Source: Hemiscyllium ocellatum (lineage: Eukaryota). Taken from it: DNA of 64,000 nucleotides. This document shows positions 47,285-56,945 of this stretch, in pieces. Within the stretch, counting starts at the first letter, position 1. Each line of letters begins with the position of its first letter. A program made the translations under genes and the position numbers. The stretch lies in contig NC_083437.1 in the NCBI RefSeq assembly GCF_020745735.1, positions 24,242,001-24,306,000 on the forward strand. Reading direction: 5' to 3'. The notes beneath the pieces were generated by a model. That model did no database searches. It saw only the letters and a program-made list of their open reading frames with translations, and was not told where the DNA came from.

Positions 47285-49391
47285 AGACAATAGGTGCAGG
47301 AGTAGTCCATTCTGCCCTTGGAGCCTGCACCACCATTCAATATGATCATGGCTGATCACCCTTAATCAGTATCCTGCTCCTGCCTTATCTCCATAACCCT
47401 TGAATCGACTATCCTTGAGAGCTCTATCCAACTCTTTCTTAAATGAATCCAGAGACTGGGCCTCCACTGCCTTCTGGGGCAGAGCATTGCACACACACAC
47501 CACTCTCTGGGTGAAGAAGTTTCTCCTCATCTCTGTCCTAAATGGTCTACCCCGTATTTTTAAGCTGTGTCCTCTAGTTCAGTACTCACCCATCAGCGGA
47601 AACATGTTTCCTGCCTCCAGAGTGTCCAATCCTTTAATAATCTTACATGTCTCAATCAGATCCTCTCTCAGTCTTCTAAACTCAAGGGTATACATGCCCA
47701 GCCGCTCCAGTCTTTCAGCGTAGGGTAGTCCCGCCATTCCAGGAATTGACCTCGTGAACCTACGCTGCACTCCCTCAATAGCCAGAATGTCTTTCCTCAA
47801 ATTTGGAGACCAGAACTGCACACAATACTCCAGGTGTGGTCTCACCAGGGTCCTGTACAGCTGCAGAAGAATCTCTTTGCTTCTATACTCAATACTTCTT
47901 GTTATGAAGGCCAGCATGCTATTAGCCGCCTTCACTACCTGCTGTACCTGCATGCTTACCTTCATTGACTGGTGTACAAGAACACCCAGATCTCTTTGTA
48001 CTGCCCCTTTACCTAAATTGATTCCATTTAGGTAGTAATCTGCCTTCCTGTTCTTGCCACCAAAGTGGATAACGATACATTTATCCACATTAAACTGCAT
48101 TTGCCATGCATCTGACGACTTGCCTAACCTGTCCAGGTCACCCTGTAATCTCCTAACATCCTCCTCACATTTCACCCTGCCACCCAGCTTAGTATCATCA
48201 GCAAATTTGCTAATGTTATTACTAATACCATCTTCTATATCAATATACATTGTAAAAAGCTGACCCCTGCAGTACCCCACTGGTCACTGCCTGCCATTCC
48301 GAAATGGAGCCTCTTATCACTACTCTTTGTTTCCTGTCAGCCAACCAACTTTCAATCCAAGTTAGTACTTTGTCCCCAATACCACACACCCTAATTTTGC
48401 TCACTAACCTCCTATATGGGACATTATCAAACGCTTTCTGAAAGTCCAGGTACACCACATCTACTGGATCTCCCTCGTCCATCTTCAGAATTACATCCTC
48501 AAAAAATTCCAGAAGATTAGTCAAGCATGATTTCCCCTTCATAAATCCATGCTGACTCTGACCTATCCTGTTACTATTATCCAGATGTGTCATCATTTCA
48601 TTCTTTTTAGAGACTCCAGCATCTTTCCCACCACTGAGGTCAGACTAACTGGTCTATAATTTCCTGCTTTCTTTCTCCCACCTTTATTAAAAAGTGGTAC
48701 AACATTAGCCACCCTCCAATCCACAGGAACTGATCCTGAATCTATCGAACTCTGGAAAAAAATCACCAATGCATCCACGATTTCTTGAGCCACCTCCTTC
48801 AGTACCCTGGGATGTAGACCATCAGGCCCCAGGGACTTATCAACCTTCAGACCTAACAGTCTCTCCAACATCAATTCCTGGCAAATATAAATTCCCTTAA
48901 GTTCAGGTCCTTCAGCCACTGTTACCTCAGGGAGATTGCTTGTGTCTTCCCCAGTGAACACAGATCTGAAGTACCAATTCAATTCTTCTGCCATTTATTT
49001 GTTCCCCTAATATATTCCCCTGTTTCTGTCTTCAAAGGCCCAATTTTAGTCTTAACCATTTTTTTGCCTTTCACATACCTAAAAAAAGCTTTTACTATCC
49101 TCCTTTATGTTATTGGCCAGTTTACCTTCATACCTCATTTTTTCTCTGCGTATTTCCTTCTTAGTAATCCTCTGTTGTTCTTTAAAAGCTTCCCAGTCCT
49201 CCGTTTTCCCACTTAGCTTTGCTATGTTATACTCTTTCTCTTTTAACTTTATATGTTTCTTAACTTCCCTCATCAGCCACAGCCACCCATGCCTCCTAGG
49301 ATCTTTCTTCCTTTTTGGAATGAACTGATACTGCATCTTCTGCATTATACACAGAAATATCTGCCAAAGTTCCTCCACTGACATCCCTGCC
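47285..49391 (-). mobile_element. 5'-truncated CR1 LINE (~2.1 kb), same subfamily as 6904..7567
   Basis: [43 protein letters not shown]; (ctattgt)n tail at 47285. Confidence 0.92.
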
Positions 49392-49474
49392 ATCTCAGTG
49401 TCTACCATCAATCCCACTCCCCTTTTGCTCAGGTTTCCATGTGTTTTTGTCAGTGATGTAATCTGAAATGTGAC

Positions 49475-49852
49475 GGCTTGAGTTATAAGGAGAGGCTAGA
49501 TAGGCTGCAACATTTTGCCCTGGAGCATTAGGGGTTGAGGGATAACATTACAGAAATTTATAAAATCATGAGGGGCACGGATAGGGTGAATAGCCATGGT
49601 CTTTTTTCCAAGGTCCAAAACTAGAGGGCATAGGTTTAAGGTTAGAGGAGAAAGATTTAAAAGGGACCTGAATCATAGAGAGGGGAGATGTTTTTTCATG
49701 CAGAGAGTTCTGCATGTATGGAATGAGTTGCCAGAGGAAGTAGTAGAGGCGGACACAATTACAACATTTAAAAGATATTTGGACAGGAACATGACTAGGA
49801 AAGGTTTAGAGGATATGGGGTAAAAGCAGATAAATGGGACTAATTCAGTTAG
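49475..49852 (+). mobile_element. CR1 3' fragment
   Basis: TRGHRFKVRGERF...WNELPEEVVEA. Confidence 0.8.
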
Positions 49853-49950
49853 GATACCACCCCTCCCAACTCCCCCGTTAATACTCCAGATGACACGAAC
49901 TGGTTTATTATCATGGTTTTGGAAAGATTGACCTTTTTCATTTTTAAACC

Positions 49951-50171
49951 ATTTCACAAAAACTCAGCTTCTGCTAGTTTAAAATCTAAAACTCTTAAAA
50001 AGTGACATTCACACAACTTTTATCTCAAGTTCAACCCATACTCACTCACACTTATCATTCACCCATGTTTTATTATCTCAGTTCAGTCTCTACTACCGTT
50101 ACCACTCCCCTTTTGCTCAGGACTCCATGGTTTTTTTTTCAGTGATGTAATCACTGCCTCTGAAATGTGAC
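49951..50171. repeat. ~220-bp direct duplication; other copy at 47143..47284+49392..49474 (split by CR1)
   Basis: Shared ctagttt.aaaatctaaa.ctcttaaaa.gtgaca, cacacttatcatt.acccatgttttattat, ccactccccttttgctcagg, ctgaaatgtgac. Confidence 0.85.
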
Positions 50172-50199
50172 TCTACAAGTGTTTGACTTCTATCCAACT

Positions 50200-50620
50200 G
50201 AAGTCATAGTCTACATTTAGGAAGAACATGTTCTGTTTACTAAGATGTTTATCCTAAGATGGTCCCATTGTCTTGATGGAAAAGAAAATAACTAACAGTG
50301 GATCTCTCATCTCCTGACAATGAATAGCACCAGTTATTTAATAGCATCTCCTCCAATGATTTTGAGAGACCTGACCATCAAACAGAAAATTGTGCTCTAC
50401 CTCAACATCTGTGGGATACAGATGCCTTTGATGCAATTGTTGCAATATATCAAGTCTCAAGACTCTCAGAATGACTAATCTGTAGTTATTAATGAGTGAA
50501 TCATCCACTAGACTGATCGGCGCTCTCTGTGTTAAGCATAGACAGGACTTCACCGAATGCTGGAACAGGCTTGAAAAATCTAATTGACATACTCCTGTTC
50601 CTATTTTCCACATCGGGAAT
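50200..50620 (-). mobile_element. Gypsy integrase relic just downstream of the GPCR stop
   Basis: SLVDDSLINNYRLVI..LRLDILQQLHQRHL and FPSRQWDHLG-like segments match the integrase Zn-binding/core entry. Confidence 0.6.
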
Positions 50621-50719
50621 AGAAAAACAATAAAGAATCACTTCAAAACTGAGCCAGGGTAGAGGCAAAACCAGCATTTCTTCAAATCCTGAGGCTCAGT
50701 TTAGGTGTGTCCATCAGTA

Positions 50720-51730
50720 TCAGATTTCCATTTTCTGCCAGACAATGTTGTCATCCTGCTTAACTAGCTTATTTTCTTGATCATAATGTAAAATTTGCTT
50801 AATTGACCTCTTTTGTTTGCTATAATTTAACTTAAAATGGATGGTTGCAAAATAGTATATCAGGGGGTCAAAAATGCTGTTGAGGCTGACAAGGGCCATG
50901 GTAATTCTCCTGAACTTGTAGACAAAGCTGCTGAAAGCACAGTTCTGAATAAATCTCAAGCGAGCAAGGAAATGGAGCAAATGGATAGCATGATAAGGGA
51001 CAAAACAAAAAACTGAGATCACCAAAATGACTCGGATCATTGTCAATGCCTTTTCCCTGTAGACACTGCCTTTCAGCTGGGCTATTTTCTTCGCTGCCAA
51101 AGGATAAAATACCATGATGATGGTAAATGGGATGACAAAACCAAACAAGAGCACCGCGATGTTGTAGGCTGCCATTCTTTTGCTCCAGGTCTCTGCGTCA
51201 AAGTTCTCAAAGCAAGCCGTCATGTTGTTTTTGAAGGTGGTGCTGAGTGAGCCACCAAAGACCAGGGAAAGCATAACAGTCAGAGAGAAGATCCACACCA
51301 GAGCTGAGATGATCTTTGAGAAGTGTGTGCTCCGCATCCTGATGTATTTTCTTGGATAGACCACTGCAATATAACGGTCCACACAAATGATGCTGAGGAA
51401 AGCAACACTGATGTATATGTTAGCGAAATAGAGAGTGCCCGTAATCCGGCAGGTGATATCCCCAAAGGGCCAGTCGTTCTTTTTGATGTGGTAGTGGATT
51501 CTAAAAGGTAAGGTGCAAATGTAAATGATGTCTATGACAGCCAGGTTTGTAATGTACACATAAGATGGGGAGGATTTCTTCATTTGCTTGGTCAAAAGAC
51601 ACAAGGCTGTGACATTGCCAATCAAGCCCAAAACGAACACAATGCTGTAGATGATTGGAAATAAATAATACTGGAAATTGGCTTCAAGATTGCAGTTTTC
51701 ATCTGAGAAAAGCTCCTGTGAATTATTCAT
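50720..51730 (-). CDS. Class A GPCR, P2Y/LPAR6-like (delta group), 336 aa, single coding exon
   Basis: Seven hydrophobic segments; GLIGN (TM1), NLAVID (TM2), WPFGD..C, CVDRY, ACFE (ECL2), CFVPYH, DPLIYY; N-terminal and ECL3 Cys; intact ORF with GCCATG start; splice acceptor (cctag) at ~51765 upstream of the ATG. Confidence 0.93.
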   Translation of the reverse strand: MNNSQELFSDENCNLEANFQYYLFPIIYSIVFVLGLIGNVTALCLLTKQMKKSSPSYVYITNLAVIDIIYICTLPFRIHYHIKKNDWPFGDITCRITGTLYFANIYISVAFLSIICVDRYIAVVYPRKYIRMRSTHFSKIISALVWIFSLTVMLSLVFGGSLSTTFKNNMTACFENFDAETWSKRMAAYNIAVLLFGFVIPFTIIMVFYPLAAKKIAQLKGSVYREKALTMIRVILVISVFCFVPYHAIHLLHFLARLRFIQNCAFSSFVYKFRRITMALVSLNSIFDPLIYYFATIHFKLNYSKQKRSIKQILHYDQENKLVKQDDNIVWQKMEI

Positions 51731-52136
51731 GGCTTTGTCCTCCCTCGGTGAGCTTTACGGAAACCTAGGTACATACATTAAAAAAAAGTTAATGGAGGAA
51801 TGTAGCTAAAGCTTTTTTTTAAGCCATATTTTTCACCGACGATTGATTGTGCAGAGAACAACGAAGAAAAGCTTTCATCAGTGTAGACAGAGATAATAAC
51901 AGAACTATTAGGAAAATTGTGTCAGGTATAATGCACTTTTATAGATGCTAGAGCTTAAGACTTCCAAGGATGTGCTTTGGGTGAAAGCAGACAGAATTAG
52001 GAAACAGTCAGATGTTTATTCTGAAAGAATGAAAGAAGGGCATTCCATTTATATAGTGACTTACATAAACTCAGTACTTTCCAAGGCACTTTGCAGCCAA
52101 TAAACTACATTTTCAAGTGCAGTCCCTATTAAAATT

Positions 52137-52250
52137 CTGAAGAAGAGTCACTAATCCTGAAACATTAACTCTGTTTCTCTCTCCCCACAGCTGCTGAGTT
52201 TCTCCAGCCATTTTTTTTGTTTTCTGTACCAGATTTTCGGTATCCACTTT
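52137..52250 (+). mobile_element. Short Penelope-tail element with CUGAAGA...GAAAC core
   Basis: ctgaaga-agagtcactaatcct-gaaacattaac plus gctgagtttctccagc tail. Confidence 0.6.
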
Positions 52251-53698
52251 TCTGTTTTATTATACTGGAGGGAACTCCCTAGACTTTCTTCAAAATGCCA
52301 TGAGATCCTTTACAGCCAGCTGAACAGGGCCACAGTTGAACAGCTCACCAAGAAGACAGGGCAGTGTGAACAGCTGAGGAGTTCATTCTGAAATGACATG
52401 GAAAGGGGGTGGAATATTACTAAGACTGATCCACAAGAGGGCATGTTTGTTATGATGCTGTGCTAGTCTGGGAGCAGTATCATACAATATTATAAACTAT
52501 CAGTCCTGAAGATCCACAGTTGCCAGAAGAGAGATGGGGCTTCTTAAATTTCTCTGCTGGAGTCAATCACTGGGCCGAATTGCTTATTCCAAATCAGGTC
52601 AATTGCTTTTCTAAATCTGTTGAGCCTTCCACTGGCTCTCTAACTCTGGAAGAAATGCCTAAGATCATGTACTCCTCCCAACTTGAGGTGTGAGCCATCA
52701 TCTTGCCTCTCGTGAATGTGAATATTTGACTGACTGACATGCCCTAGAGTTAAAAGTTAAGGGAATAACTGGTAGGATGGCAGGAGTGTGGTCCTTCCGT
52801 CCATGGGACCCTGAGGAATTGCAGGGCCTGGATTGGATGGTGGAGGCTGATTCAATTATTGTTGTTAAGAAATACAATTACTATTTTAAGGTCCAATTCT
52901 TCGAGTAAACTGTCTTGTATTTTTATACTGAAAGTAAAATGAGATGTGTCCAACTTTATGACTTTTCTTTGGCAGTGGTAGCTCATATTCATGGTCATAC
53001 CAACATAGTGAATCCTGATGAAGATGTTAATGAGGGAATGGCTCTTGGGCTGACCCCTTCGGGTGTTGCCATGTTACTATGGAGCTGAGCCAAGGCAATA
53101 AACACTCAGACACTGGGAAAGAGGGAAAGAGTCTTGGTAGGCTAAGTTCATTGGTAGGCCATCAACACTCAAGAGCAGTTGTGGCAGATAAGTGTTCATT
53201 TTCGTTTTACAGCATGGTTTCCAATTGTGTGACATTTTTAAGAGAATAAAAACCCAATAACTTTAATGTAACTTTAACCGCTGTAGGTTTGCTGTTCCAG
53301 CTTGATTCTGCAAAGAGCCACTAACCAATAACTTTTGATCACAATGGAAACCAAGTTACTGTTAATTGCTCATGTTAAACATGAGCTGTAAAAATGTTCA
53401 ACTCACTCATACAAAAAGTGGTTTATTCATGTAATCATTGACACTATCACATTATGATTTTTTTAAGGTATGAGAAGTGTCTCAGGAAGATCTGTGAATG
53501 CTATGATCACTTGAATCACATCAGATGTTGAATGTTGGGCAAAAGGGGATCAATTGTATTTAATTTCCATGTATTTCACATGCTCGCTTTAAAAGTGTTT
53601 TCTCAGTTGCTAAGAACACGAACATTTCCTTCTCACATATTGGTTTTAAGCCGGTGGAATAGTAACAGAGAGAATGGAATAAATTATATAACACTCAC

Positions 53699-53750
53699 CG
53701 AGGATAGCCAGCAGTTGTCCAGATAGGAGCCTTCCTGACAGTGCAGTCTT
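53699..53750 (-). other. Candidate 5' UTR exon of the GPCR
   Basis: Strong minus-strand donor CGG|gtgagt at 53699/53698; a second strong donor GAG|gtaagt at 54639/54638. Upstream boundary unknown. Confidence 0.35.
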
Positions 53751-55748
53751 TGAAGAAGGAAATTACTGCAGATGCTGGAATCTGAATGAAAACAACAAAT
53801 GCTGGAGATCACAGTGGGTCAGGCAACATCTGTGGAGAGAGAGAGAGAGAGAGACCAAGCTAATGTTTCCAGTTTAGATGACTTAGTCTTTGAGTTTGTT
53901 TGGACAGTTAAGATTCAGTGTAGCTCGCCGTAGACACGTCTTGCATATCTCCATTTCATTCTTCAGATATTAACCTTCCTGTACACATTCACAAGATGAA
54001 GTGAAGAATGGTTTCCTCTCCAGTCAGCCTGGAGATGGAAAGGATGTGAAGCAAACAGTTTTGAGCTAGCTACCCTGAGTATCAAACTATCGACTAACAC
54101 CGATGGTCAGAAGCAGCAGCTCCTTAAGCAATGTCTCTTAACCTTTAAGCTTGATTTTTTTTGTCTCACACACAGCATGAAATAAAAAATAGCATTTTGA
54201 CCACAACAGCCTACTACATTGATGCATTGAATTTCCTGTGGTGGAAAGAAGATTCAGTTCGAACTGAAACTTCAAAACAATTCAAATTATATCTTGTAAA
54301 GTGTCTTATATCTTGAATTATTTGCATGGTTTTAAACTGTGACAATGACAATTACAATAGTTTTTTTTACTGATCCAAGCCCCACAACTTTGCAACATTG
54401 CTTTCAGGAGAACAGGAAAGACAATGTTAAGCTTTATTTCTTTCTGATTTCTTTTCAGTTTTGTTAGTCCTGTTATTGGTGCTGTGGTTTTCTACTTTGA
54501 GTGATTGGTTTACTTGAAAATGAATAGATTGTCTCCGAATACAAACCATTATAAATTATAGAACCAAGTGATGGATTTCAAGCTCATTAAGACCAGCTCT
54601 TTTTGATACATTGTTCCTGTCATCAGTTCCTCACTTACCTCCCACAATCCATTCTCTAAAATGCCTGTCTGGTGCAACATCTTCCAGGGTAAAAAATCAT
54701 TGGTAATTTTCCCTCTAGTTCCTACCTCTGAATTTTAACTTGAACGTCTTAATGTTTGGCATTGTTACCATAGTGAACTCATTGAGATCAGTGTAGTGTA
54801 CACCCCAAGCACTGGCTTCAAGCAGGACATGGAGATAGGCTCAAAGTCCACCCGGGCCAGAGTGGGGTTTGAACCCAGTGCCATTGACATCAATTTGATC
54901 CAAACCAGCCTTCCAGCCAACTGGAATCCCATTTACCACCTGAAATATTTACCCCCTTAAGCAACATGTAATACAGTTGCAGTGTGTACTATCTACAAGG
55001 TACTTTGTAACAATTCACCAAGAACAACAGCACCTTCCAAACTCATGATGTCTTTGAAGGTCGATGACAGCAAGTGCAGAGGAGCAGTACACCAGCAGGT
55101 TACCCTCCAAGACACAGGCCATCCTGAGTTGAGATTATATCATTGCTCCTTCGTGGTCTGTTTCAAAATCCTGGAACTCCTTTCCACTGTGGGTATACCA
55201 CACCACAAGGACCACAGTGACTCAAGAAGATGTTTCACCATGACCTTCTAAAGGCAATTAGGAATGGGCAATGAATGCTGGTCTAACCAGCAATGTCCAC
55301 ATCCTGCAAGAACAGAAAATGGACGTTTGGTTCAGCTCAAACTTGTCTGAAACTTCTGCAGCTCATATGTCTCTTGATTAATCTACCAATAATGACACAG
55401 ATTGAGATAGAATTTCAAGTTGTTGAACAGAAAGGCACATTTGAAGAATTATCAGCAAAGGCACTGTATTAATACACATTACTCATTTCTTCCTTTAACT
55501 GAGTTGGTGCCAGGTACCTGATTGAAGTTTGACATTTGCAGTAGTCATCTACCCACATTCAGTCGTTGCATTGCAGCAGCTCAGGTACACTCACACCATT
55601 CAAGGGATGTGGTAAGAGAGAATGCAGGGATTGGAAGGGGTGATTCACACTGAGATGCAGAAGAGTGAAAAGAAGAGAAAAAGCACCAAATAGTGATTAA
55701 CACAGGAAGAACAATAAGAGTGTGACAGAAAGCTTGCTAGAAATATAA

Positions 55749-56093
55749 TGGTGATGGCTCAGTGGTTAGCAATGCTGCCTAACAGCACTAGGGACCTGGG
55801 TTCGATTGCAGCCTCAGGCAACTGTCTGTGTGGAGTTTGCATTTTCTTCCTGTGTGTGCTCGGGTTTCCTCCGGGTGCTCTGGTTTCCTCCCACAGTCCA
55901 AAGATGTGCAGATTAGATGAATTGGCTATGCTAAATTGCCCATAGTGTTCACAGATGTGTAGGTTAGGTGCATTAGTCAGGGGAATGTAAAGTAATAGGG
56001 TAGGGGAAAGGGTCTGGGTGGGATACTCTTTGTAGGGTTGGCGTGGACTTGTTGGATCAAATGGCCTGTTTCCACACTGTAGGGATATTATGA
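55749..56093 (+). mobile_element. HE1-type SINE (older copy)
   Basis: TGGCTCAGTGG A box, GGTTCGATTGC B box, same body as 40480..40793. Confidence 0.8.
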
Positions 56094-56945
56094 AGTAGCA
56101 AGAGGTTTTTCTAGATCTTTAAAAGGGGTTAATTAAGTGAATGTGGGTACTAAAGAAGTACATCGGGGGACTTAATGGGAAATAAAGAGGTGGCAAATGA
56201 ACTGAACAGTTATTTTGTATCAGTCTTCATTGAATTCCTTTGGTGTGGAAGCAGGCCATTTGGTCCACACTGACCCTTCAAACAGCACCCCAACCAGTCC
56301 TATCCCATCTATGTAACCCCACATTTCCCATGGCTAATGCACATAACCTGAATGTACAAACTCTACATATACAGTCATCCAGAATGGAATTGAACCCAGA
56401 TCCTTGGTGCTGTAACACTCAGAAATAGCTGTAAGTCAGAAATGAAAGAACTAAAAAAAATTAAATCACCAGGAAAGTACCATTGAGTAAATTATCCACA
56501 CTGGGGCCTAACAAGTGTCCAGGTCCTGATGGTCTTCATCCCAGGGTCTTAAAAGAAGTAGCTAGTATGATCATTGAGGTCATAGAGTCAGGGAGATGTA
56601 CAGCACGGAAACAAGCCCTTCGGTCCAACTTATCCATGCCGACCAGATATCCTAACCCAATCTAGTCCCATTTGCCAATACTTTGCCCATATCCCTCTAC
56701 ACCCTTCCTATTCATATACCCATCCTGATGTCTTTTAAATGTTGTTATTGTACCAGTCTCCACCACTTCCTCTGGCAGCTTATTCCATCCATGCACCACC
56801 CTCTGCGTGGTGCCCCTTACGTCCCTTTTAAATTTTTCCCCTCTCACCCTAAAGCTGTGCCCTCTAGTTCTGGACTCACCCAACCCAGGGAAAAGACTTT
56901 GTCTATTTAATATTTCCATGCCTCTCAGCCTCCAACACTCCAGGG

